DNA of 64,000 bases from a virus: positions 1-64,000 of IMG/VR virus record IMGVR_UViG_3300043823_000114, one strand, 5' to 3'. The position numbers were made by a program, and so were the translations under genes. Numbering within the stretch: the first letter of the stretch is position 1; every line of letters starts with the position of its first letter. The notes below the pieces were generated by a model. That model saw only the letters and a program-made list of their open reading frames with translations, did not search any database and was not told the origin of the DNA. This document shows positions 9,966 through 19,522 of the stretch, piece by piece.

Positions 9966-11268
9966 ATTTCTTCAAATCCTCTAGTTCTGGGAACACTGCA
10001 AAAAAATCTTCTTTGCGAACATCGTCAATAAGATCGTTGTACTTAAAGAACTCTGGAATCAAGTTAGTGCTTTCTTGTTGCATCATAAAGTTAATGACAC
10101 CTTCATAACCACTTGTTGCTCGTTGAAGACTATCTTGTGGGCGTAACCAGTCAAGATGTGCTAGAATCTTTTCCTTTGCTTGTTCTTTCAAGTGCTGTGG
10201 GAGTACATCAACACGGTAACGATGTGGATGTTGTAAAATATTAATGTTCCAATCCATTGGGCGAATCAGTCCAAGATCACTCCATTCACGGTGAAAGTCT
10301 GTAACATGCAATACATTCATCATACTCACAGTACTACTAACATAGAAGTCTACATTAGGACATACTTCAATCATACGCTCACGGTTTTCGACTGTTTGCT
10401 TCCAGTCTTGACCTTTACGAATGTACTCACCGCGAGCATAGCTACCATCAAGACTTGCACCAATACTAACACAGTCAAATAGCTTCCACATTTCAAACAC
10501 TTCACGGTTCTTGAATTTCATTTCACTGAAGTTAGTGTTATAGATTAGACGGACATGGAACATTTCCCGTTTAACAAGTTCATCAAGCACTTTCCAATGC
10601 TCTTTCATTATAAGTGGCTCACCACCTGCCCAGTAGATTTGTTCCAAGTGTGGTATATGTTCTTGCATTTGCTCCCACATATCATCTTCGTTACGACCCG
10701 CATACATAATGACCGGGTGTTTAGGGTCCCACCCAGCACGCTTCTCGTCAGCATGCCAATTGGATGAAAATATACTACCGCAGGTTCTACAAGCAAAGTT
10801 GCAAAGATTGCTAAAGCGTATGTCGTAATATCGAAGTTTAAAATCATCAAACGAACCATCTGGCTTCGTTTCATCAACCAAGCCAATATGATGTCCAAAG
10901 TTCTTATTGGAACTCTCACGCATACTAAAAAGTTTCGATTGTTCTTGCTCGTAGCACTTGGTGCATTCTTTACAACTTGTCTCAGAAAGCATATTTCGGC
11001 GCATGTTCTTGAGCGGATCGTCATTCCAAACTTCCTTCATTGATTGTTGATTTAAGTTACCGATTGGATGCTGTGGTTCACTTAAACAGCAAGGGTATGC
11101 ACGACCATCAGGGAAGGCATGCATGTGAATCCATGGGATGATACAGAATACATCACTCTTGATCAATCTATCAAGTTGATCTGTGCGTAGTTCTTCTTCT
11201 TTGATATAGATGGGTTTGCGTCCACCGTAGTTGTAGTCTTTGTAGTAATCGTTTAAATCGTTTGCCAT
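9952..11268 (-). CDS. Radical SAM protein with N-terminal twitch domain
   Basis: CIIPW...PCC...CTKC, CNFACRTC, AGGEP. Confidence 0.9.
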   Translation of the reverse strand: MANDLNDYYKDYNYGGRKPIYIKEEELRTDQLDRLIKSDVFCIIPWIHMHAFPDGRAYPCCLSEPQHPIGNLNQQSMKEVWNDDPLKNMRRNMLSETSCKECTKCYEQEQSKLFSMRESSNKNFGHHIGLVDETKPDGSFDDFKLRYYDIRFSNLCNFACRTCGSIFSSNWHADEKRAGWDPKHPVIMYAGRNEDDMWEQMQEHIPHLEQIYWAGGEPLIMKEHWKVLDELVKREMFHVRLIYNTNFSEMKFKNREVFEMWKLFDCVSIGASLDGSYARGEYIRKGQDWKQTVENRERMIEVCPNVDFYVSSTVSMMNVLHVTDFHREWSDLGLIRPMDWNINILQHPHRYRVDVLPQHLKEQAKEKILAHLDWLRPQDSLQRATSGYEGVINFMMQQESTNLIPEFFKYNDLIDDVRKEDFFAVFPELEDLKKYGST

Positions 11269-12632
11269 TATAGTGTATTATACCAGTCTGCTAATTCGGG
11301 AAATGTTTCTGCAAAGTTCTTGTCTCTGCGTTGGTCATACTGTGAGTAAAACTTTTTGAAATCTTGTTGTAGCACTGATTGATCAGCCGCGCCGGCATGT
11401 GGAGTTTTCACTATATCTAGATAATCGATTAATCGTTTTAGCTGATTTAGTTCGTACTCGTGGAGTGTTTCTGCCCCTAAATGTTCGTCATGCCATTGTT
11501 GCAATCTGTCTTTGAATATTGTGCGAATCTCGTCGGGTAAGACAAGACTACTTTGAAAACTAGGGAATCTAAGAATATTTAGTGAAAAGTTGATAGCATC
11601 TTTGCCATACTCAAGTTTCCAGTTATGGACCATTTCAAGAAAGCTATCAAGACTACTAAAACACAATGCATTAATAGTACACATCACATGAAGTCCACGA
11701 AACTTACCACTATCCAATAACCGTTCTACATTGTTTGCCCAATCATCGAATACAAGACCATCACGGATATATTCTGATTGTAAGCTCATAGACTCATTGC
11801 TCGTATACAAATCAACCTCAACCCCATCAATGGAATCTAGTAAACGATCTATATCTACATCAGGACCCAAGTTACTATTGATGGCTAGCCTTGTCTTCGA
11901 CTTACCTTTGTTGTTCTTAAACCACTCGATAAGTTTCCACGTCTCGCCTGACATAAGCGGCTCTCCACCCGTAATACGGAGTTCTTGAAGTGTCTTATGT
12001 AGATCTGATTCCCACCACTTGTGGAATGCGGTAACATATGGATTTGATTCACCAAATTTGTATAGTTGCGATGCTCTGTGATTATGAGTGAAATGGTTAC
12101 GGCCATCACTGACAAGATCAGTATAAGGCCCATTACGATCAATATCACGGACCCAGGTGGAGCTAAAAGCAGGGTTGCAATAAGAGCAAGCCAGCTGACA
12201 AGTGCGGTCGAAGGCGATCTCAAGAGTTTGTAAATTAAAGTCAGTACTTGCTGGAGTGCGGAAAGCATAGTTTAAATCCTCGTCGTTGTATATCACTGTT
12301 TTGTATACTCTGTCACTGATATTATCTCTGCCGATGTCTTCTATCTTCCAGCAATATTCACACCCACTAGGCCTTTCGCCCTTTTGCATCTGTTCACGCT
12401 CCATCTTTTTCTTGGTAGTGTTATGTAATGCTGATGGGTTTTTAGCAAGATCATCGACATCAATTGAATGTGGTAATGGGTGATGGCAACTTGTAGTCTG
12501 TCCACTACCTAACCAGATAGTGGCGTTGTACCACTTTGCTCCACAGAATGATTCGCTCTTAATGTCAATCACTCTGCGTTTATATTCTAAATCTGTTTCA
12601 TTATTAATTCTGGGCATAATATCTGCATTCAT
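11268..12632 (-). CDS. Radical SAM protein with N-terminal twitch-like domain (CHHP subtype)
   Basis: CGAKW...SCHHP...CEYCW, CQLACSYC, TGGEP. Confidence 0.9.
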   Translation of the reverse strand: MNADIMPRINNETDLEYKRRVIDIKSESFCGAKWYNATIWLGSGQTTSCHHPLPHSIDVDDLAKNPSALHNTTKKKMEREQMQKGERPSGCEYCWKIEDIGRDNISDRVYKTVIYNDEDLNYAFRTPASTDFNLQTLEIAFDRTCQLACSYCNPAFSSTWVRDIDRNGPYTDLVSDGRNHFTHNHRASQLYKFGESNPYVTAFHKWWESDLHKTLQELRITGGEPLMSGETWKLIEWFKNNKGKSKTRLAINSNLGPDVDIDRLLDSIDGVEVDLYTSNESMSLQSEYIRDGLVFDDWANNVERLLDSGKFRGLHVMCTINALCFSSLDSFLEMVHNWKLEYGKDAINFSLNILRFPSFQSSLVLPDEIRTIFKDRLQQWHDEHLGAETLHEYELNQLKRLIDYLDIVKTPHAGAADQSVLQQDFKKFYSQYDQRRDKNFAETFPELADWYNTL

Positions 12633-13986
12633 CCCAGAACTCTTTCATCATGGGGAATGTCTTTAAAAAATCTGTTTGTCGGCGTTTATCGTGTTCGTTG
12701 AAGAACCGATAAAAGTCTGCTCTTTGCATTGTAACATATTCAGGATCAAGATTGCTACCTTCTCTCATCCAATCTATGTTTCTGCGCATACGCTGAACTT
12801 CATAGTCTTTAAATCCTTGGAATGGCTTGTCTGGTGTTTCCAAGTTTGCTTCCATCCAATCCGCCACACGCTCTAAACGATCTGCATAAACAGGAGGAAG
12901 AATTTGCAAGCTCTGCCAAGAGGGACTTCTTAACAATGGAGTATCAAACCAAACACGCTGATATGTTTTGCTATACAGTTTACGCAAACTCAGAATCCAG
13001 TCTAATAGTCGCTCAATGCCCAATACACTGAGATTATTCATTGTAACAATAAATGTTAAACTATTACGGTTACGAATATGATCTAAGAAGCGATGAACAT
13101 TTTCATGCATTCGAAAATAGTGTAAGCCATGACGAATATATTCTGCGTGTTCGCTAATACCGCTGTCCAAACTTACATACTGCATGAAGTGTTCAATTTG
13201 TGTATTACACAACTGCTTTACATAATCGTGATACTTGTCATAGAGTTTAGGTTCGACACAGAAGTTGCTTGTTACATTCAAATGAAGATCGGGTTTAGGA
13301 AATGCTAATACATAGTCAAACACTTTGTATGTGTTCTTATCCATCAGTGGCTCACCACCCGTCATTCTAAAATGCTTTAGTTTAGGATACAGTTCCGGGA
13401 ACCATTCCCAAAATGCGTCAACGTAAGGATTATCTTCACTAGCGGGGATGGGTCGTCGGTTACCCGTGAAATGAGCAGGGTCATTATGAGGATTACTTGT
13501 GGGATACGCTCCGTACCGAGCAACTTCGTCAGCCCAACTGCTACTAAACTGAGGGCTACAATAACTACACTTAAGGTTACAAGCGTGATTAAAATTGACC
13601 TCCACATAACTTGGTATTGGGTTGTCTGATTGTCCATTTTTGATCTCCTCAAAGTGTTCTGCCGCCCAGGGTTCGCCTGAACGATAATGTCTGTCGCTTA
13701 GATTACCTAAGTCTTCTTGAGTCCAGCAATAGCTACACTCTGATGGGCGCTCGTTCTTGAGCATAATAACTCGTTGCTCTTTTTTATGAGGGGTATTGTG
13801 TAGTGCGCTTGGGTCATCTTTTAAAAGACTTGCATCAATCTGATGCAGTGGCGGATGATAGCAACTATTAGTCAGCCCTGTAGGTAGATGCAAACTTAAT
13901 TGTTGCCACTTAGCCAAGCAAAGGCTAGGACCAAGATTGTCCTTCATAAACTCTGCACTTGCCATAAAATCACTCTTATTCGACAT
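12604..13986 (-). CDS. Radical SAM protein with N-terminal twitch-like domain (CYHP subtype)
   Basis: CLAKW...SCYHP...CSYCW, CNLKCSYC, TGGEP. Confidence 0.9.
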   Translation of the reverse strand: MSNKSDFMASAEFMKDNLGPSLCLAKWQQLSLHLPTGLTNSCYHPPLHQIDASLLKDDPSALHNTPHKKEQRVIMLKNERPSECSYCWTQEDLGNLSDRHYRSGEPWAAEHFEEIKNGQSDNPIPSYVEVNFNHACNLKCSYCSPQFSSSWADEVARYGAYPTSNPHNDPAHFTGNRRPIPASEDNPYVDAFWEWFPELYPKLKHFRMTGGEPLMDKNTYKVFDYVLAFPKPDLHLNVTSNFCVEPKLYDKYHDYVKQLCNTQIEHFMQYVSLDSGISEHAEYIRHGLHYFRMHENVHRFLDHIRNRNSLTFIVTMNNLSVLGIERLLDWILSLRKLYSKTYQRVWFDTPLLRSPSWQSLQILPPVYADRLERVADWMEANLETPDKPFQGFKDYEVQRMRRNIDWMREGSNLDPEYVTMQRADFYRFFNEHDKRRQTDFLKTFPMMKEFWDECRYYAQN

Positions 13987-14932
13987 AGGTTATTTTTTTA
14001 TTAAACTGTTTATCCATGATTAAATCATGGTTATGATCCAATATTTTTTGCATTTGATCATACATACTCCCCAACTCATCCAATGACTTGTGTGAGATAG
14101 TCGTTATCAAATCTAGAATTTTTTCGTACCGTTGTTTCTCATCAAATACATCATAACTTTCATCCCAGAAATCATGGAATGTCTTGAATCCCATTTGTCT
14201 AAGGTATGTCAGAAAATGCTTTGAGCCCATCACAATAAAGGGTTTCTTCATTAACATTGGTCTTGTTGTTTTTTCTGTTGGAAAGAATGTACGACCAGTG
14301 GTAAAAGTTTCAGCAACGATATCAATCAAGAACTCTGTATAGAACTGTTTAAACTGATTTGCAAGTCGTTGCGTTGTTAATCCAAGAGTAAATTCTTCAA
14401 GATCAGTTAGTAGCATTGGTAGTTGCGGCATAACATTTAAAAATTTAGTCACCGAAGATGGCGAAAATTCAAAAAGTCGTTGCATCTCGAATAACGCTCT
14501 GCTATCTTCATCGTGCGGGTTCGATCTGAAATGTATTAAACTATTTTCTCTACACTCAGTCTGCAACTCACCGACAAGACCTATTCTGTGCCAAATCGCA
14601 CGGTTATATAATGCACCAAAAATGTATTGTTTATCCCAATGATGATATTGAGAGAAGTCTCCCTCAGCTTCAAAAAAGTAAGGGACAATGTTACATTTAT
14701 TATTTCTTATTTGATATTTTTCATTGTATTCGATTGGGTTTTTTGTGTAGATGATAACTTGTTCGAATTTAAAGTTGTCCAATAAATCATATAGCCCCAC
14801 AGCATTTAGACAACATCCTTCATTGTTAGTTGTTAAAATGATCGACGCACCTTGATTATCAACTAAAAACTTTATAAGTTCGTTTCTATTCCATATAAAA
14901 TTATCTGCGGGTATGATTACAAAGTTATTCAT
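13976..14932 (-). CDS. Putative glycosyltransferase (GT10-like), paralogue of 1271-2392
   Basis: IVAET...FPTEKTTRP...KPFIVMG...GFKTFHDFWDESYD. Confidence 0.55.
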   Translation of the reverse strand: MNNFVIIPADNFIWNRNELIKFLVDNQGASIILTTNNEGCCLNAVGLYDLLDNFKFEQVIIYTKNPIEYNEKYQIRNNKCNIVPYFFEAEGDFSQYHHWDKQYIFGALYNRAIWHRIGLVGELQTECRENSLIHFRSNPHDEDSRALFEMQRLFEFSPSSVTKFLNVMPQLPMLLTDLEEFTLGLTTQRLANQFKQFYTEFLIDIVAETFTTGRTFFPTEKTTRPMLMKKPFIVMGSKHFLTYLRQMGFKTFHDFWDESYDVFDEKQRYEKILDLITTISHKSLDELGSMYDQMQKILDHNHDLIMDKQFNKKITYVE

Positions 14933-15293
14933 CTTGACTGATATGATCGATTTTTATTTCTTTTATATTTGATTGACCCAGCTTATCGGCAATAATGTTT
15001 TTTAATGACACTCGTTTATTATTCCAGTTTCTTATCTCAATTGCCCGTCTACCTATTTCAGTCAAGTCCAACAAGTGTTCTTTTCCAGATTTCAATTCAG
15101 ATTCAAGATTCCAAATATTTTTATGTATTTCATATAGATTATCAATCTCAGATTGCACAATGGATAAATCATAACTTGATAATTGTTCTAGATAAAAATT
15201 GTATTCATCTGTTATTGTATGAAATTTTTCATTTTTTAGTTTAGAAATGGTAAATCTATCAACTAACTCTATGACAGGGAAGAATGGTTTCAT
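14925..15293 (-). CDS. DUF6165-like helical protein
   Basis: PVIELVDRFTI..LK...IWNLESEL...IRNWNNKRVSLK pattern. Confidence 0.5.
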   Translation of the reverse strand: MKPFFPVIELVDRFTISKLKNEKFHTITDEYNFYLEQLSSYDLSIVQSEIDNLYEIHKNIWNLESELKSGKEHLLDLTEIGRRAIEIRNWNNKRVSLKNIIADKLGQSNIKEIKIDHISQDE

Positions 15294-16324
15294 ATATAAA
15301 GTGCCTCTAGATACTCTGTGTTGTCCATAATATTTTGTATTTTAATGTTACTTAAATTTGCTCTGCATGGTTGACAGAAATGGGTATTGATCGAGTCATA
15401 CAGTTTTTTATGATGATCGCTGAGCCAAACATCTGATCTAAAATCGCCCTCATCCCATCTACCCAACTTGAATCGTTCATTACCCTTATTGTCACAGCAG
15501 GCATACATATAGCCATCTGCGCAAAAAACGGGAAACTGAAACATTTGGTGACATCTTGAATAAGTTCTTTCAAGATACTTTGATTGATTTATTTTTAACT
15601 TTACATTATACTTTTCAGACAAAGTATTCATAGTATCAATCATACTGGGAGTTATCATATATGCAACTGAATTCAGTATAGCTGGTCTTATATACAACAT
15701 CCGCACACCAACTTCTTGGCTTTTTTGAAATATATTTTCTAATGCGTCTTTTGTCGAATTCAAATCACTCAACAGAACCTTAAAATCAACATTGGCCCCA
15801 ATCTTGACTAGATCAGAGGCGTTTTTCATAACTCTATTGAAAATACTTTTTTTCGATAGAGTCTTTCTTATTCTTTCATATAGCACTTCTTCACCAGCAT
15901 CGATGTCTATCCCTATCCATGCCATTTTTTGAATCTTTTCTACTGATACTGAGTTTATCAACTTATCTAACTTATAACCATTAGTCGTAATACTAGACAA
16001 AAACCCTAGATCAATGCAATGTTCTACTACCTTTTCATAGCCCTTGAGTAGTGTCGGTTCTCCCCCGCCAGGGAAAGTAATAGAATGTAACGATCCATAA
16101 CTATTGGGACTGTGTGCTCTCCAAGATGCTAGTTTATTCAGTAGTTCAATGTATTCACGGTAATCTTTTTGTACAGGTGCATTTTTTCTATGCTCTGCAC
16201 TATTGCAATAAAAACAATCTTGGTTGCATATATTGGTGAGATCAATATCTACTTGCATTGGGAGAATAGACATAGTATCTCTATTCTTCATCCAGTGTAC
16301 TATTTCTGCCGACGGATAACTCAT
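15290..16324 (-). CDS. Radical SAM protein with C-terminal SPASM/twitch domain
   Basis: CNQDCFYC, GGGEP, TNG; C-terminal C...DG.MYACC...CQPC. Confidence 0.9.
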   Translation of the reverse strand: MSYPSAEIVHWMKNRDTMSILPMQVDIDLTNICNQDCFYCNSAEHRKNAPVQKDYREYIELLNKLASWRAHSPNSYGSLHSITFPGGGEPTLLKGYEKVVEHCIDLGFLSSITTNGYKLDKLINSVSVEKIQKMAWIGIDIDAGEEVLYERIRKTLSKKSIFNRVMKNASDLVKIGANVDFKVLLSDLNSTKDALENIFQKSQEVGVRMLYIRPAILNSVAYMITPSMIDTMNTLSEKYNVKLKINQSKYLERTYSRCHQMFQFPVFCADGYMYACCDNKGNERFKLGRWDEGDFRSDVWLSDHHKKLYDSINTHFCQPCRANLSNIKIQNIMDNTEYLEALYI

Positions 16325-17235
16325 TCTCTTACCATGATCCCTTTATTTTTAAACTGACTTTGATAGTGATGTTTAAACCAACTACTATATTCTGCATTCA
16401 TATCAACTATGGGCAAGCCCAATTGTGTTTTGAGTATATTGCATAATTTAGGTAATTCAGTAGTCAAGTCTGTATCTTTGTACCTGTCCCAGAGTTCTGC
16501 GAGCTTGTTAAAGTCTTGGACTTCTGTATAGTCCCACTCAGGTTCAGAGAGTGTAAGGTGGGTACCGAGGCGTGCACCGTATATTGCCCAATCACCATGT
16601 TCTGCATCACTCCCAACGCTTTGCCATATGCAGAGATTGTCATAATTGCGGTCATAATTTCGAGATGTCGCTCGGGATTTAAAATCACTTGCCGTGGGCC
16701 TTGCTCCCCTATCAAGACACATTTTAACACCTTCACGAAACCCAGCACGCCAAGCAGTGTACGGTGATCCGTTGGGGTAAGTCGTGGAGTAGCAGTCCAC
16801 CATAGCCCAGTACTTCTCATGAAAGCAAAATTCCACAAGCGTTTCATTCGTCCCGTCGGTTGATTCATGAGTCCGCATATTACGAACAAAATCCTTAGTC
16901 CAGCTTGAAATTCCTCCATTACCATATTGTAGTCCATTTATAATGTTACGTGCTCGCCATCTAAAAACACAATCACGAGAATTCTCATCCAAACGCAACT
17001 GCTGATTAAAGAAGCCTGGATCTGGGAGGTTATCTCCGTCGATAAGAATAAATCTGTCCGTATCACTTGTCTCAGCGGCCGCTTTGTGCGCCGCGTCAGA
17101 GCCCAATACACCATCAACTCTTTTGGCCCAAGGAACAATATTTTGAATTGCCACCCAGAATTCTTCTTTTTTTGGTTCGTCATACGTTAAAAATATTACA
17201 TCTAAATCTGCTACATCAACTATTTCTGTGCTCAT
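16321..17235 (-). CDS. Glycosyltransferase-like (GT-A) protein
   Basis: DVIFLTYDEP, RVDGVLGSDAAHKAAA, IDGDN (DxD), AWRAGFREGVK. Confidence 0.6.
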   Translation of the reverse strand: MSTEIVDVADLDVIFLTYDEPKKEEFWVAIQNIVPWAKRVDGVLGSDAAHKAAAETSDTDRFILIDGDNLPDPGFFNQQLRLDENSRDCVFRWRARNIINGLQYGNGGISSWTKDFVRNMRTHESTDGTNETLVEFCFHEKYWAMVDCYSTTYPNGSPYTAWRAGFREGVKMCLDRGARPTASDFKSRATSRNYDRNYDNLCIWQSVGSDAEHGDWAIYGARLGTHLTLSEPEWDYTEVQDFNKLAELWDRYKDTDLTTELPKLCNILKTQLGLPIVDMNAEYSSWFKHHYQSQFKNKGIMVRE

Positions 17236-17575
17236 AATATTCTACTTCTGGATAATCTTCTGTTTCTAATAAGACTCCGGCGTGCCCTTTCACTGTCCTA
17301 AATCCTTGATCACTTCTCTTTAAACGACGGTAATGTAATGTTGTGTCGTTTGGTATCCGTTCCAACTTACCATCAGTGACTCTATACTTTGTGTAGTTGT
17401 CATATTCATACCGTGTTACAACAATATACTTTGTGTTATCGGGATGATCTTGCATTGTACAAGCATAGATATCACCTTGCTCATTATAGTGCATGCGGTA
17501 TTCTAACTTAGTTGGTGGCCGTTTGTCAAGTAACTGCTCAAACTCTTGCCAAAACTCTTTGCTCATAGTATTCAA
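17216..17575 (-). CDS. Hypothetical protein
   Basis: 119 aa, overlaps neighbours. Confidence 0.6.
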   Translation of the reverse strand: MNTMSKEFWQEFEQLLDKRPPTKLEYRMHYNEQGDIYACTMQDHPDNTKYIVVTRYEYDNYTKYRVTDGKLERIPNDTTLHYRRLKRSDQGFRTVKGHAGVLLETEDYPEVEYYEHRNS

Positions 17576-18392
17576 TCAATTCATCTGTTGCATAGTTCTT
17601 ATCGTGATAGTGTACTGGACTGTATTGATTTAAGTTGTTGATGCGAATAACATCACCATCTTGCTCATTCATCACTGTATCAATCCAACTTACTTGATCA
17701 CTCCACCCATTAAACCCCGATTTCATATGGACAAAGTTGATAAAGTCCATACTTGGCATAGTGACTGTTTCTTCACCCAACATCAATGCAGATAGTGCGT
17801 ATAACACATCTGTGCTAGGGCTATCTTCTATACAATTCTTCAAACCAGTTTTTACATACTCCCATTTATTACTAATATATCTTGCGGCATCGAAAAATTC
17901 TTTTGCTGGCCTGCTATATCTAAAGTACATCAATCCGTTATATACATTAGGCAAGTTGTTAGCATCAAAAAACTCACGGTACTTTTTAATCGTACGGTTT
18001 ATACCCATATAGTTTTTTGCATCGTAACTTAGACAAACATCCCGTAGTCTAAATGCAGTCCACCAGTGATCGATACTGCGAGTAAATAACAAGTCTGCTT
18101 CAAGTTTAATAGTCTCTTTAAACGGTGTAAAATACAGTGCATAGGCTTCTGCATCAAACGCAGATTGCCACTTCGACTCTGGATCATATCTGATATGATT
18201 GATATGATCAAATACCGCTTTATATTTGTCGGGAATATCAATTGGGCACACATTAGTCACCACAGCATACTTGGCATCAGTTTGTGTTGCTTTAACATTC
18301 AATGCTTGTAAGTAAGCTAAGCGAAGGTAATCTACTTCGCCCAAGTTTATAGCAAAAGTTAAAAATCCCTGTCCTGTTTTATCCTGTGACAT
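17538..18392 (-). CDS. Putative glycosyltransferase (GT8/GT-A-like)
   Basis: TPFKETIKLEADLLF, NVYNGLMYF, FVHMK; paralogue of 18379-19197. Confidence 0.6.
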   Translation of the reverse strand: MSQDKTGQGFLTFAINLGEVDYLRLAYLQALNVKATQTDAKYAVVTNVCPIDIPDKYKAVFDHINHIRYDPESKWQSAFDAEAYALYFTPFKETIKLEADLLFTRSIDHWWTAFRLRDVCLSYDAKNYMGINRTIKKYREFFDANNLPNVYNGLMYFRYSRPAKEFFDAARYISNKWEYVKTGLKNCIEDSPSTDVLYALSALMLGEETVTMPSMDFINFVHMKSGFNGWSDQVSWIDTVMNEQDGDVIRINNLNQYSPVHYHDKNYATDELIEYYEQRVLARV

Positions 18393-19197
18393 CAGTTACA
18401 AAATCCTTAAATTGTGTTGATTGTAAGTAGGCCTTATCCATAACGTGAATGTTCTGCTGTGGCATCAATATGGGTTTTTTATTTGTAAAGTAAGCACGGA
18501 TGTTTTTGCTGTCTACTATTAATCTATCAACCTTATCTGTAATTGTAAACATCTTCCATGGAATATTATGTCCAGGATCTATATGATAACCGTTTAATAT
18601 AATATTGGCTATAGCAAATGCGTAATCGTTTCTGAAATTCCGTTCTCGGATGTTGTATAGTTTGCAATAGTAATCATAGTTGTCTTGTATTCTTTTGACA
18701 AGATCAAACAACATCTTTGTCTTATCTGATTTGTTGAATACAATAACAGTGGCCCAAATGAATGGCAAGCTGTAAGGACCCATCGATGAATATAAATCAC
18801 CATTGGATGAACTACTATAATAATGAAACGCATAATCTTTATTCAAGTCTATTAGTTTCAATAAACTATCATCTAACACAAGATAATCTACATCAAGTAA
18901 CACAGTGCTATCATATGGGCTAAGTTCATAGGCCAAGTAACGCCCAAAGTTCTTCCATTCAACTTGTTGATAAGAGACATCTAGTTTGATATTACCCGAT
19001 GCAACATCAACTCGGATCACTTGATCATATTCAAACTGTGGTTCAGCATCGTGATCTGTAATCAAAGTGATGGGTAGTTTCAAGTTTCGTTCAATAAGTT
19101 TGCTAGTATTATCTGCTATAGCAACATAATCTACACTTGTATTGAAAGCAAAAACTACAACACCCTTAGATTTTTCTGATTTTCTTGAGTTCTGCAT
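18379..19197 (-). CDS. Putative glycosyltransferase (GT8/GT-A-like)
   Basis: SPYDSTVLLDVDYLV (DxD), FRNDYAFAIA, HVMDK. Confidence 0.65.
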   Translation of the reverse strand: MQNSRKSEKSKGVVVFAFNTSVDYVAIADNTSKLIERNLKLPITLITDHDAEPQFEYDQVIRVDVASGNIKLDVSYQQVEWKNFGRYLAYELSPYDSTVLLDVDYLVLDDSLLKLIDLNKDYAFHYYSSSSNGDLYSSMGPYSLPFIWATVIVFNKSDKTKMLFDLVKRIQDNYDYYCKLYNIRERNFRNDYAFAIANIILNGYHIDPGHNIPWKMFTITDKVDRLIVDSKNIRAYFTNKKPILMPQQNIHVMDKAYLQSTQFKDFVTDVTG

Positions 19198-19483
19198 GTT
19201 CTTGATGCCAACGGTTCATAACTTTTTGATAATGCTCAGTTGATAGATCCAGAAATTCTTTTTGGTTGATCTTTATCGGATTACCATAAGTATCTTCCAA
19301 AAACAATGCGTCTGCATCGCCTTGCCACATCATTACGAATGTATATTGGGCAGGATCTGCTTTGAACAATCCACCATTGTAGGCAAAATGTAAGTCTGTT
19401 TGGATTTTTTCCCGCAGAATACTACGATTAATTTGGTAATCTGTGGCTTGTTTGATTTGTTTTACAATATCTTCAGCATTCAT
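19166..19483 (-). CDS. Hypothetical protein, first gene of the modification operon
   Basis: 105 aa; starts 6 nt below a sigma70 -10 box. Confidence 0.65.
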   Translation of the reverse strand: MNAEDIVKQIKQATDYQINRSILREKIQTDLHFAYNGGLFKADPAQYTFVMMWQGDADALFLEDTYGNPIKINQKEFLDLSTEHYQKVMNRWHQEHAELKKIRKI

Positions 19484-19489
19484 CTATAT

Positions 19490-19518
19490 AGTATAAACGA
19501 ATGCTGTGTTATTGTCAA
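19490..19518 (-). promoter_or_regulatory. Sigma70-type promoter TTGACA-N17-TATACT
   Basis: -35 at 19513-19518, -10 at 19490-19495, 17-nt spacer, ATG 6 nt downstream. Confidence 0.75.
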
Positions 19519-19522
19519 GAAA

